This document shows positions 37,173-48,336 of a stretch of DNA of 64,000 nt, piece after piece. Location: assembly GCA_030390025.1 (NCBI GenBank), contig CM059432.1, forward strand, positions 10,168,001 through 10,232,000. The letters run 5' to 3'. A program made the position numbers and the translations under genes. How positions within the stretch are numbered: the first letter of the stretch is position 1; every line of letters begins with the position of its first letter. Source of the DNA: Squalus acanthias (lineage: Eukaryota). The notes below the pieces were generated by a model. That model ran no database searches. It was not told the DNA's origin and was given only the letters and a program-made list of their open reading frames with translations.

Positions 37173-37754
37173 TACTGTACAGGTAGTCAATGTCTAACAG
37201 GTTGCACTAAAGCTCTTCTTTTAACGTACATCACTTCCATGGATTTTAATTTGAACTTAAAAGCATGCCATTTATATTCAGTATCAATCATGTCTCACCC
37301 AGTAAGGTTGACCAATTGACCTGTTTCACGTCTTCTGCCAGCTTCATAAAATCAACAACAATTTGCATTTATAAAGCGCCTTTAATGTAGTAAAACGTCC
37401 CAAGGTGCTTCACAGGAGTATTTTAAGACAAAAAATTTGATACCGAGCCACATAAGGAGAAATTAGGGCAGATGACCAAAAGCTTGGTCAAAGAGGTAGG
37501 TTTTAAGGAGCGTCTTAAAGGAGGAAAGAGAGGCGGAGAGGTTTAGGCAGGGAATTCCAGAGCTTCGGGCTCAAACAACAGAAGGCACGGCCACCAAAGG
37601 TTGAGCGATTATAATCAGGGATGCTCAAGAGGGCAGAATTAGAGGAGCGCAGATATCTCGGGGGGTTGTGGGGCTGGAGGAGATTACAGAGAGAGGAAGG
37701 GGCGAGGCCATGGAGGGATTTGAAAACAAGGATGAGAATTTTGAAATCAAGGCA

Positions 37755-39379
37755 TGTAAGGGGTGAGCTGCGGCTCTGTGCTTAGCCTGGGTGCTAGTGC
37801 GAGGTTAGGCCTTGTTGCCTGTTCTGGTCTCCAGCCAGCCTGATAACACTAGACACCTGTGAGTGGTTCGACCCACTCGCCCTTACGGTTCTGACACTGG
37901 ACTTGGGTGCGAGAGCAATAATGCAGAGAAAAACTCAGGTAGACCCGGTCGAATAGTGCGAAATGGAAAATCTTTATTGCATATTATTCAAGATTACGAG
38001 ATACACGTCATAAGCACAGATTAATGACAGTACAATCTTACACACAGTTATGAAAGTAATTTTAGGGAAACGAGGAGCGCATGACACATCGTAAAAGGGG
38101 ACACACATTATACTTATCCTTAAAACTTAAACCCTCCCCTATCAATACCTGTCCTAATCCAGATTTGTAGGATCGAGACTCATGCTCACCACTCGTGATA
38201 ACTCGGAGAATTCCGAAACTCTGCTCGGATGTTTATACCGCAGCACCTGACTATCCACGTGTTGATCAGGGGTCTCTGTACCCCACTTGTTTACTCGTTT
38301 CTGCTCCGGCTAGCAGGCTGGACCGTCTGCTGTCATGAAGATCTGTGTTGTCCTCGGAGTTCCGATACTATTCAAAGAAGAGTCTTCCTGTGCCCTCACA
38401 CCGGTTCGATAAAACTCGAAGAAGGGTCTTCCTAGGCAAGGAAGTGTTTATTCGACTTACAGGCGCGGTCGGGGCTTACTGACCGTGGCGATACGTATTG
38501 TCGTCTTCTTCTCTTCTCATCTCATCTCATCTCCTCTCGGGGCTTCAGTTCCAACACCGTTTACCGACTTCTCGGGATGGTGCGCCCGTTTCAAGGCCTC
38601 ACAGCCCAGTTCTACACAGATCTTCGCGGCAAGCCACGAGGTTGATCCTAGCGGATCAGAGTCCAGAGCCGTCAGGCAGGATAATAAAAATTCAACAGCC
38701 TTCCAGCGAGTCAAAGCAACAAGCGCAAGAAGAAGCAGAGACAGCAGAGCGATGGACGGTTGTACCTTACAGTTATAGTGCTGTAATTCCTCTTTTCCCG
38801 CCCAATCTTAATGTCTATCTTTTGTCAGGGTTTTGGCGCTCAAACTTCTTGTATGGGGTGATCTCCGTCTTTAATGGGTTTCGGTGATACTTGTAACTGT
38901 CTGAGTACCCGTTAATACTTCTCCCATTGTGGAACCGGCTAGTAGTCTCCCTGGAGGGGTTTTGGGGCTTCCAAATGCTTTCTGTAACTACCCGCAAACG
39001 GCTCTCTCATCGTAGAGTCGTGGGGATTTTGCATATTAATGTCTTTGGATGGGTCCTTGATCGCTCGGTACAATAGCTCTTATTCGCACCTGGGAGACCG
39101 ATTCCAGTATTTATGTATAAAATGCAAACCCATCATGTCTTGTCAATTATATCAAATGTGCTGAGTCCTGTACGATCTTGCACAAATGTTTATTGGAACG
39201 CCATCTTGTCTGCCCATTGAAAGTCTAGAACTTTCTGCCACGAGGCGTGGCGGCCATTTTACAGGCTGTTTGTGTCCGTTTTGAAACCTGACAGCATTCT
39301 GCTGAAATAAAGCTGTTTGTACGAAACTTTATGTCTCCTTCTTATTTTATAAAATCGCGATAATTTTGCGAATTCTACA
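37755..39379 (-). mobile_element. Solo LTR, 1625 bp
   Basis: TGTA...TACA ends, 4-bp TSD GGCA (37751-37754 and 39380-39383), clean interruption of the L2, and AATAAA about 220 nt from the minus-strand 3' end. Confidence 0.85.
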
Positions 39380-39541
39380 GGCATTGCTTAACCGGGAGCC
39401 AATGTAGGTCAGCGAGCACAAGGGTGATGGGCGAACGGGACTTGGTGCGAGTTAGGACACGGGCAGCAGAGTTTTGGATGACCTCAAGTTTACATAGGGT
39501 AGAATGTGGGAGGCCAGCCAGGAGTGTGTTGGAATAGTCAA

Positions 39542-39735
39542 TGTGGTAACACAATACAGCTTCCTGTGACTCGAACTTTATTGCATCACTTCCTGTGATT
39601 AGTCCAGGATAAATACTGGGCTGATCAGTTGGATCCTGGAGAGGCATAGAGTAAGACCTCTTTTGTATGTAGCACCTTTTTAGTTGATTAAAGCTTACTT
39701 TAAGTTCACCACGCGTAAGGCTCATTCTTACGACA
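39542..39735 (+). repeat. Gypsy 5' LTR
   Basis: TG...CA; identical to 43816-44009. Confidence 0.97.
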
Positions 39736-39736
39736 A

Positions 39737-39747
39737 TTTAATCAACT
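39737..39747 (+). promoter_or_regulatory. Non-tRNA primer-binding site complementary to its own LTR
   Basis: TTTAATCAACT is the exact reverse complement of AGTTGATTAAA at 39682-39692; there is no TGG start. Confidence 0.7.
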
Positions 39748-39813
39748 TTGGGAAACTTCGCACTCAAACTTTTTGGACGAACTCGGAACTAAGGATCCAG
39801 GGAATCACCCATC

Positions 39814-42800
39814 ATGGAAAACATCCTTAAACCATCGCGTCTTGACTTGGACCCAAACACCCCAGCAGCCGGTAAGGTGTGGAAACACTGGTATCGCACG
39901 TTTGACAATTTTCTTGAATATTGTAAGGCTGATGATAACTCAAAGTTGCGGATACTCATCAACTGTGTCACACCGAATGTATTTCAGTATGTGGAGAAAT
40001 GGGACAGTTACGAGGAGGCAATTCGGACGCTTAAGAGACTATATACTAAGACAACGAATGAGGTCTTTGCCAAACATCTACTAGCTACAGCCCAACAAGG
40101 GCCGGAGGAATCCATTGATAAATTCCTCCAAGAGCTTCGCAGACTTAGTATGGACTGTAACTTTCGGGCGGCCTCAGCTGAGCTGTACCGTGAAGAAATG
40201 ATCCGTGATGCTTTCATCTGCGGGCTTGCCTCCCCATTTATACGCCAGCGTCTACTGGAAAGTAAGACACTTGAGCTTCAGAAAGCTTATGACATGGCTT
40301 GCTCTCTAGATCTGGCAAAAAGAAATGCAGACCTTTATACAGTGCCCAGACCTCGGTCTACTGCCTTAACTACAGTCAAGCAATTTAAGAGGCCACAGGT
40401 GAACTCTATTAGGGAGGTCTTTATCCCTGACGATCAATCTGATGACTTCACTGATGAAGAGGATGATGACCCCACTGTGGCAGCCTCTTGGCAATCTAAG
40501 AAATGCTTCTTTTGTGGTGATGAGTTCCACCCTCGGAAATTCTGCCCTGCTCGCAATGCGTTTTGCAGTCATTGCAACAAAAAGGGTCATTTTGCAAAGG
40601 TTTGCCTATCAAGAGCCTCTACGAGGGCTTATCAAGCTAAGTCCTACCGAACTGCCCCGGTAAGGGCCTATCAAGATGTTCCGGCTAAAATCTATCGTGC
40701 TTCCTCTCGAAGAAACACACCTAGAGTTTCAGCCACTCTTTGTGCAACGACACCAATTACAGCTGCTTGTCCTCAGAACCTATTCCATGCAGCTACAAAA
40801 GCATCAATTAATGGACATACTTTAGATGCCTTAATTGACTCAGGTAGCACTGATAGTTTCATTAGGGAACAGATTGTTGCAGAGTTAAAGCTACATGTTT
40901 TCCCATCGGACCAGGCAGTTGCGATGGCTCAGTCATCACTTAATACCAGAATTTCTGGCTTTTGTATGGTTGAAATAACACTTAATGGTCGCAGGTATCC
41001 CTCCACCCGGCTTTCGGTGCTCAAGGACTTATGTAGTGATCTTATCTTAGGGCTGGATTTTCAAAAGCAGCATAAGAAGCTCACCATTGAGTTCGGCGGA
41101 TCCAAACCTGAACTCACTATTTCTAATATACTACCTCGATTACCGTTCTGTGCATTGTCAGCAGTTTCACTGGATGAACCCTCACTGTTTTCCAGTATCC
41201 CTCCTCGATGCAAACCGATTATAACAAAGTCACGACGTTTCAGTCAGGAAGACCAGTCTTTTATTGCGGCTGAGATTTCTCGGCTTTTAGCAAAGGATAT
41301 CATCGAGCCTTGTTCGTCGCCATGGCGCGCCCAGGTCGTTATTGTTAAGAACCCTCTACAACCTCACAAGAAACGGCTGTGCATTGACTATTCACAGACC
41401 ATCAATCAATATACGGACTTGGACGCATACCCATTGCCGCGCATCGATGATATGGTTAATAAATTGGCTGAGTACACGGTGTTCTCAACATATGATCTAA
41501 AAAGTGCCTATCATCAGGTACCCTTGAAGGTCTCAGACAAGCAGTATACGGCCTTTGAAGCCAATGGACGGCTGTATCAATTTCGTCGCCTCCCCTTTGG
41601 GGTCACTAATGGAGTGGCTGTCTTCCAGCGAGCAATGGATGACCTGGTCAAACAGGAAGACTTGAAGGATACGTTTCCTTATCTGGACAATATTACTGTC
41701 GCAGGTCGCAATCAGCGGGAACATGACGCCAATCTCCAACGATTTTGGGACGCACTCCAGCACCGTAATTTGACATTAAATGCGGCTAAATCCATTGAGT
41801 CACAACCAACCATCAACATCCTTGGCTATTGTGTGGGCAATGGCATCATTAAACCTGACCCTGAAAGGCTTCGCCCACTCCAAGAACTCCCGCCACCTAA
41901 GAATCCGGCCTCCTTGCGCCGGGCCCTCGGCCTGTTTGCATACTATGCTAAATGGATTCCTAACTTCTCGGACCGAATCCAACCTCTACTGAAGGCCAGC
42001 ACATTCCCACTAGACACAGCGGCTGTTGCAGCCTTTAACCTCCTGAAAAAACAGTTGGAGAAAGCGACTCTTCACTCCATCGATGAGAGTCTTCCTTTTG
42101 TCGTTGAGTGTGATGCCTCGGAGGTGGCGATCTCGGCCACTCTGAATCAGGAAGGTCATCCGGTGGCATTTTTGTCCAGGACTTTTCAAGGGGCTGAGCT
42201 ACATTATCCTCCAGTCGAGAAAGAAGCTACAGCCATCATAGAGGCAGTACGGAAGTGGAGTCATCTCCTAGCTCGCCAGCACTTTACCTTAATCACGGAC
42301 CAGCGATCGGTCGCCTTCATGCTCGATAATCGAAAACGGACCAAAATTAAAAATAATAAAATCCAGCTTTGGCGGCTGGAATTGGCCTCTTTTGGTTACA
42401 CCATCCACTATCGACCTGGCAAGGAGAATGTGGCTCCGGATACCCTCACACGAGCATTCTGCTCCTCCATGGCACCCACTACGCTCGTAGACATCCATGA
42501 TGGGTTGTGTCATCCGGGCGTTACTCGCATGCTACACTTCGTGCGGTCCCGAAATCTCCCATTCTCTACCGGGGATGTAAAGAAGATGTGCTCGGACTGC
42601 AGAGTCTGTGCGGAATTGAAACCTCGGTTTTTCCGCCCCTCGGGTGGTATACTCATACATGCGACCCAGCCAATGCAACGGCTTAGCATCGATTTTAAGG
42701 GGCCGTTGCCCTCTTCAACTCGCAACACTTATCTATTGACCATGGTCGATGAGTATTCCCGTTTTCCGTTTGCCTTTCCCTGCCCCAATATGCTGACGAC

Positions 42801-43752
42801 CACGGTTATCAGCTGCCTTGAGCAGGTATTTGCTTTCTGTGGCATGGCATCCTATGTTCATTCGGATCGGGGCCCTTCTTTTATGTCAGGAGAACTCGAG
42901 GCCTATCTCTCGGAACGGGGTATTGCTGCCAGCAAAACGACGCCTTATCATCCGGTCGGGAATGGGCAAGTCGAGCGTTTTAACGCTATCATCTGGAATG
43001 CGGTACGTCTGGCTTTGAGATCTCGGGGCCTACCCAACCAGCAATGGGAAGCAGTACTTCCAGACGCATTACACTCCACACGGTCCCTCCTTTCGACCGC
43101 CACAAATACGACGCCTCATGAACGGTTCTTCCGATTTCAGCGTCGCTCATCCTATGGGATATCTCTCCCATCGTGGCTGACTGCACCGGGACCAGTGCTA
43201 CTCCGAAGATATGTCCGGGCGTCTAAGAATGACCCCCTGGTAGATGAGGTTGAGCTCACTGACGTCAACCCTACCTACGCCTATATTCGGTATCCTGACG
43301 GTCGGGAATCTACCGTGTCATTGCGGGATCTGGCTCCCTGCCCGCCGAAACATAGAGGGACACCAGGGGATGATATTGTACCAGGCACATCTCTGGGCTC
43401 GCCAGGTGCCTCTCATCATGATCTGGATCTGACGCCGGCTGGTACCTCACTCCAGCGTGCCGACCTGGGGCAGACTGACTATGAGCCTGTCGGGGCTCGC
43501 ACGCGCAGCCACGATCCACCCTGTACCGTACGCTCGGAAACGGATCTGCCACAGCCCTGCCCGACACCCGTTCGGGCACCAGTACACAGTCAGGATCGTC
43601 CTGACCCCTCACAGAGCGGGCTGGATCACTCGGACTCTGGTCCACGGCCCGCGGCGGGTAAACGGGCTAGGGGCCCTCTACCGCTACGAGAACCCAAACG
43701 GGTGCGGCTCTCCCTCGTCCAGCGGCTACGAAATGGAGGGAGAATGTGGTAA
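39814..43752 (+). CDS. Gag-Pol polyprotein, 1312 aa (Gag zinc knuckles, protease, RT, RNase H, integrase)
   Basis: CFFC..H..C and CSHCNKKGHFAKVC; LIDSGS; YLDN; ECDASE; H..H..CSDCRVC; DFKGP/HSDRG/GQVER. Gypsy domain order, no chromodomain seen. Confidence 0.97.
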   Translation: MENILKPSRLDLDPNTPAAGKVWKHWYRTFDNFLEYCKADDNSKLRILINCVTPNVFQYVEKWDSYEEAIRTLKRLYTKTTNEVFAKHLLATAQQGPEESIDKFLQELRRLSMDCNFRAASAELYREEMIRDAFICGLASPFIRQRLLESKTLELQKAYDMACSLDLAKRNADLYTVPRPRSTALTTVKQFKRPQVNSIREVFIPDDQSDDFTDEEDDDPTVAASWQSKKCFFCGDEFHPRKFCPARNAFCSHCNKKGHFAKVCLSRASTRAYQAKSYRTAPVRAYQDVPAKIYRASSRRNTPRVSATLCATTPITAACPQNLFHAATKASINGHTLDALIDSGSTDSFIREQIVAELKLHVFPSDQAVAMAQSSLNTRISGFCMVEITLNGRRYPSTRLSVLKDLCSDLILGLDFQKQHKKLTIEFGGSKPELTISNILPRLPFCALSAVSLDEPSLFSSIPPRCKPIITKSRRFSQEDQSFIAAEISRLLAKDIIEPCSSPWRAQVVIVKNPLQPHKKRLCIDYSQTINQYTDLDAYPLPRIDDMVNKLAEYTVFSTYDLKSAYHQVPLKVSDKQYTAFEANGRLYQFRRLPFGVTNGVAVFQRAMDDLVKQEDLKDTFPYLDNITVAGRNQREHDANLQRFWDALQHRNLTLNAAKSIESQPTINILGYCVGNGIIKPDPERLRPLQELPPPKNPASLRRALGLFAYYAKWIPNFSDRIQPLLKASTFPLDTAAVAAFNLLKKQLEKATLHSIDESLPFVVECDASEVAISATLNQEGHPVAFLSRTFQGAELHYPPVEKEATAIIEAVRKWSHLLARQHFTLITDQRSVAFMLDNRKRTKIKNNKIQLWRLELASFGYTIHYRPGKENVAPDTLTRAFCSSMAPTTLVDIHDGLCHPGVTRMLHFVRSRNLPFSTGDVKKMCSDCRVCAELKPRFFRPSGGILIHATQPMQRLSIDFKGPLPSSTRNTYLLTMVDEYSRFPFAFPCPNMLTTTVISCLEQVFAFCGMASYVHSDRGPSFMSGELEAYLSERGIAASKTTPYHPVGNGQVERFNAIIWNAVRLALRSRGLPNQQWEAVLPDALHSTRSLLSTATNTTPHERFFRFQRRSSYGISLPSWLTAPGPVLLRRYVRASKNDPLVDEVELTDVNPTYAYIRYPDGRESTVSLRDLAPCPPKHRGTPGDDIVPGTSLGSPGASHHDLDLTPAGTSLQRADLGQTDYEPVGARTRSHDPPCTVRSETDLPQPCPTPVRAPVHSQDRPDPSQSGLDHSDSGPRPAAGKRARGPLPLREPKRVRLSLVQRLRNGGRMW

Positions 43753-43781
43753 CACAATACAGCTTCCTGTGACTCGAACTT
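43738..43781 (+). repeat. Duplicated PPT end plus first 37 nt of the LTR
   Basis: gggagaa|tgtggtaacacaatacagcttcctgtgactcgaactt is repeated at 43809-43852. Confidence 0.9.
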
Positions 43782-43815
43782 CATCCCGGCCTCCTAATCT
43801 TTTGGGGGGGGAGAA

Positions 43816-44009
43816 TGTGGTAACACAATACAGCTTCCTGTGACTCGAACTTTATTGCATCACTTCCTGTGATTAGTCCAGGATAAATACTGGGCTGATC
43901 AGTTGGATCCTGGAGAGGCATAGAGTAAGACCTCTTTTGTATGTAGCACCTTTTTAGTTGATTAAAGCTTACTTTAAGTTCACCACGCGTAAGGCTCATT
44001 CTTACGACA
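43816..44009 (+). repeat. Gypsy 3' LTR
   Basis: Identical to the 5' LTR. Confidence 0.97.
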
Positions 44010-47000
44010 GTCAAGTCTAGAGGTAACAAAGGCATGGATGAGGGTTTCAGCAGTGGATGAGCTAAGGCAGGGGCGGAGACGGGCGATGTTACGGAGGTGG
44101 AAATAGGCGGTGTTAGTTATGCCGCAGATATGTGGTCGGAAGCTCATTTCAGGGTCAAATATGACACCAAGGTTGCGAACAGTGTGGTTCAGCCTCAGAC
44201 AGATGTTAGGGAGAGAGATGGAGTCAGTGGCTAGGGAACTGAGTTTGTGGCGGGGACCGAAAACAATGGCTTCGGTCTTCCCAATATTTAATTGGAGAAA
44301 ATTTCTGCTCATCCAGAACTGGATGTTGGACAAGCAGTCTGACAATTTAGAGACCGTGGAGGGGTCGAGAGAAGAGGTAGTGAGGTAGAGCTGGGTGTCG
44401 TCAGCATACATGTGGAAACTGACGCTGTGTTTTCGGATGATGTCACCAAGGGGCAGGATGTTGATGAGAAATAGGAGGGGGCCAAGGATAGATCCTTGGG
44501 GGACACCAGAGGTAACGATGCTGGAGGAGGAAGAGAAGCCATTGCAGGTGATTCTCTGGCTACAATTAGATAGATAAGAATGGAACCAGGTGAGTGCAGT
44601 CCCACCCAACTGGACGATGGTGGAGAGGCGTTGGAAGAGGATGGAGTGGTCAACCATGTCAAAGGCTGCAGACAAGTCGAGAAGGACGAGGAGGGATAGT
44701 TTACCTTTGTCACAGTCCCAAAGGATTTCATTTGTGACTTTGATGAGAGCAGTTTCGGTACTGTGGCAGGGGCGGAAACCTGATTGGAGGGATTCAAGCA
44801 TGGAGTTGCGGGAAAGATAGGCACGGATTTGGGAGGTGACAGCAGTTTCAAGGATTTTGGAGAGGAAAGGGAGGTTGGAGATGGGGCGGTAGTTTGCAAG
44901 GACAGTGGGATCAAGGATTTTTTTTTGAGGAGAGGGTTGATGATGGCAGATTTGAGGGAGAGGGGGACAGTACCTGAGGAGAGAGAACCATTAACAATGT
45001 CAGCCAACATGGGAGCCAGCAAAGGAGGTTGGGTGGTCAGCAATTTTGTGGCAATAGGGTCGAGGGAGCAGGAATTGGGTCTCATGGACAAGATGAGCGC
45101 GGAGAGGTCATGAGGGGAGATCGGAGAGAAACTGGAGAAAGATGTGAGTTCAGGGCTAGGGCAGGGGGGAACCTTAGAGGAAGTTTGGCCCAGTGGGCTA
45201 GGGGAAGGAAGGGAAGTGTAAGAGGCAGCTGAATGGATGGTCTCAATCTTAGAGACAAAGAAGTCCATGAGCTCCTCACACTTGTTGTCGGAGGTGAGGG
45301 TGGAGGAGACAGGGGAGAGGGGTTTAAGAAGACATTTAGCAGTAGAGAATACAAGCTGGGGTTTATCTTTGCATTGCAGAATGATCCTAGAATAGTGAGC
45401 AATTTTGGCAGATGAGATCAGGACCTGATAATGCTTTATGTGGTCCAGCCAGATCTGGCGGTGAATGGCTAAACCAGTTGTCCGCCATATCTGTTCAAGT
45501 CTGCGTCCCTTGGACTTAAGGGCGTGAAGATGAGGGCCATACCAGGGGGAAATGGCCAGGGTGAGAGAGAGTAATTGTTTTAATAGGGACTAGGACATCA
45601 AAGGTGGTGATGAGGGTGTGGTTGAGCAGATCGGTAGCTTCAGAAATGTCGTGGTGAATGGAGGGCCAAAGGCTGGACAGTTGGGATTTCATAAGTGCAG
45701 TTGTAAGAGAGTTAGGAGAGAGTTTTTTCCAGGGGTGGACACTGAAGGAAATGGGGTTGGCTGGGGGGAAGGGGGATGTGGGTGGAGAGCGATACGAGGA
45801 AGTGGACAGAGATGGCCTTATCTGCAATTGACACGATGGGAGTAGCGAGGCCACGAGAGATGGCAAGGTCGAGGGGATGGCTATGAATATGGGTTGGGGA
45901 GTTTACATGGAGGGAGAGATTACGGGAGGATCGGAGGCTAGTGAACTCAGAGGAGAGACAGCATGATGAATTGAGATGGCGGTTGAAATCACCAAGGATG
46001 AGAAGTCGTTCGGTGCAGAGGCTGAGGAAGGAAAGCAGTGAAGATATCTCGGTAATCAAATTTTTATGGTACTTGGGTGGCCGGAAGAGAATGAGAATTT
46101 TAAATGAGACGTGAGATGGGTGGAATAATGTGAGATGCTCAAAGGAGGAGAAAGTGCCGGAGGGGTAGGGGGACAGACCCAGGTGTGATTTGGTGATGAG
46201 AGCCACACCGCCACCACGGCGGTCTGGGCGGGGCAAGTGGTGGAAGGTATAGCCAGGCGGGGAGGCTTCATTTAAGGGTAAGGTGTCATCACCCCTCAGC
46301 CAAGTTACCGTCAGTGCCATAATATAGATGCAATCATCCAAGAAAAGCTCATGGATGGCAAGGGCCTTGTTCGCAAGTGAACGGATATTCTGGAGGCAGA
46401 TGCGGAGAGGGTCGGTGATGGCTGCCCCACTGCCAGCATCCACAGGGTCAGCGCTGGGGGGGGATGAGTTGGATGGGGAGGAGTTTGGCAAGATTTGCCC
46501 CCAGTGGGCGCGCTAGGCGGGAAGGTCGGCGAGAGAGTAGGATGGGACAGTTGGGGTTGCTGCTCGTAAGGAGGCAGTGACGAGTGCCTCGATGGGCCCT
46601 TCGTAGGATGCCAAGAGAGGCACAGAGGGAGGCTGTGGGCTTATCTAAGAGGGAGTCAAGCCTGGGACAGCGGCAGCAGAGTAGGAAGGTCGAAGAGTAA
46701 TGAAGGATTGTGCTAGGGATTTGGGAGAGCAGTGTATCCGAGAGAGGAGAGATGAAAGGAGGCATGACGACAGGAGAGAGTGGACAGGGAGGGATAGAGA
46801 GAAAAGGAAAAGGGTGAGAATAAAGTGGAAATGTAAGTGAACGGCTCGGGTCCGGAGCGGCAGCCAAAGTGCGCACACTAATGGACGCGGGAAAAGCTCA
46901 GGTTACATAGGCCTGGTTATGTAGTAATTAATGGGATACATAAAGTTAGTTCTTTTAAAATACGAAATTAACTATAGATTCTCAGTACCTTTGTTTCTGA

Positions 47001-47765
47001 GTGAGTTTTTGTATTTTGCAATGTATTTTAAATAGTTAACACTGGCTGCTTTTTGCTTTTATTTAAGTCTAATATCTGAGAACCAAAGCAACCAGGGTTC
47101 ATCTAAACAGTGACAAGTTCCGTACCATTATTCAAGAAATGCAATTATTAAAATAAAAGTCCTGAATTTAAGAATTTATTCAAGCAGAACCTGTTTGATA
47201 ACAGTAAATATTAGAGAGATATTTGGCAAAAAAGGAAAGATGCAAATGTTTTCATAAGTATATCTTTCTTTGCCATAACTATAAAAACCCAGATCCTGAA
47301 GAGATGGACAGTTGAGATGCGCCCTATGTTACGTGTGGAGATCTATTTATTTAAGTAGGGTACGTGACTAGAAAATGTCTTTATTTACCTACATGGACGA
47401 GCTAATGAAAATAATATTTAGTTATTTTCTAGAGCTACAAAGTGTGAAGTGATGCATTTTAGAAGGAAGGATGAGGAGAGGCAATATAAACGAAATGGTA
47501 CAATTTTACAGGCGGTGCAGGAACAGAGAGACTTGGGGGTGTATGTACACAAATCTTTGAAGGTGGCAGGACAAGTTGAGAAGGCTGTTAAAAAAAGCAT
47601 ACGGGATCCTTGGCTTTATAAATAGAGGCAAAGAGGACAAAAGCAAGGAAGTTATGTTAAGGCCTTGGAGAGGGTGCAGAGGAGAGTCACTAGAATGGTA
47701 GCAGCAATGAGGGATTTCAGTTATGTGGAGAGACTAGAGAAGCTTGGTTTGCTCTCCTTAAAGCA

Positions 47766-47923
47766 AAAATGAGAAGTCGCACAACACCTCTACCTCTACC
47801 TGACGAAGGGGCAGCAGCTCCGAAAGCTCGTAATTCTAAATAAAACTGTTGGACTATAACCTGGTGTTGTGCGACTTCTCATTTTTGTCCACCCCAGTCC
47901 AACACCGGCATCTCCGCATCATG
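47766..47923 (+). mobile_element. Short Penelope-derived insert with hammerhead and 5' inverted segment
   Basis: 12-bp TSD ctccttaaagca (47754-47765 and 47924-47935); 47765-47788 is the reverse complement of about 47862-47886. Confidence 0.8.
47797..47832 (+). ncRNA. Minimal type I hammerhead ribozyme
   Basis: tac CTGACGA a ggggc agca gctcc GAAA gctc gta. Confidence 0.78.
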
Positions 47924-48336
47924 CTCCTTAAAGCAGAGAAGGTTAAGGGGAAATTTAATGGAGGCGTTCAAAATTACGAAGGCTCATTCAAAGAGCCGCC
48001 ACAGGCACAATGGGCCGAATGGCCTCCTTCTGGGCTGTATGATTCTATGATTCTAAGCAGAAAACATTTTATTGGCCGCCTCTGGAGAGTTCCAACACAA
48101 ACTTCTTTTCAAATACTTTCCGTGGAAATGTGCAACCCTCCTCTAGCTCCACAGCCCTGCGCCTTACATGAAACTGCATAACCTCTGAATCCCTATGAGC
48201 AATGCCATGGGAGATATGCTGGAACATAAATAAAAAGTTTCTATTGACCCCCCTGTGTAGGCTAATGAATTGCACCGTGTCAGCCAATCAGTTGGAGTCG
48301 GGCCGGACTTACGGCAGGACTCACAGCAAACAGTCT

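Larger units (their letters stand above)
39542..44009 (+). mobile_element. Full-length intact Ty3/Gypsy LTR retrotransposon
   Basis: Identical 194-bp LTRs, TSD GTCAA (39537-39541 and 44010-44014), PPT ggggggggagaa, single gag-pol ORF. Confidence 0.97.
37353..46890 (-). mobile_element. Long L2 LINE interrupted by a solo LTR and a Gypsy element
   Basis: APE at 45712-46491 (RRGGGVAL, LGDFN), RT at 44010-44801 (QSGFR..HSTETAL, DLSAAFD, GVPQGSILGP, YADD), resuming at 39380-39541 and 37353-37754. Confidence 0.92.
47430..48055 (+). mobile_element. CR1 3' fragment with internal deletions
   Basis: Matches 10430-11240. Confidence 0.8.

Noticed and set aside
38485..38997. Short ORFs in the solo LTR as viral accessory genes
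   Set aside because: Short, mostly non-ATG starts and no recognisable features; a foamy-virus assignment from LTR length and TSD alone is unsupported.
44309..45268. 319-aa Ser/Pro-rich ORF as an independent gene
   Set aside because: It is L2 ORF2 running out of frame after a frameshift in a poly-T run near 44920.
46840..46890. Possible HDV-like ribozyme in the L2 5' region
   Set aside because: Conserved between two copies, but I could not fit the nested double pseudoknot.
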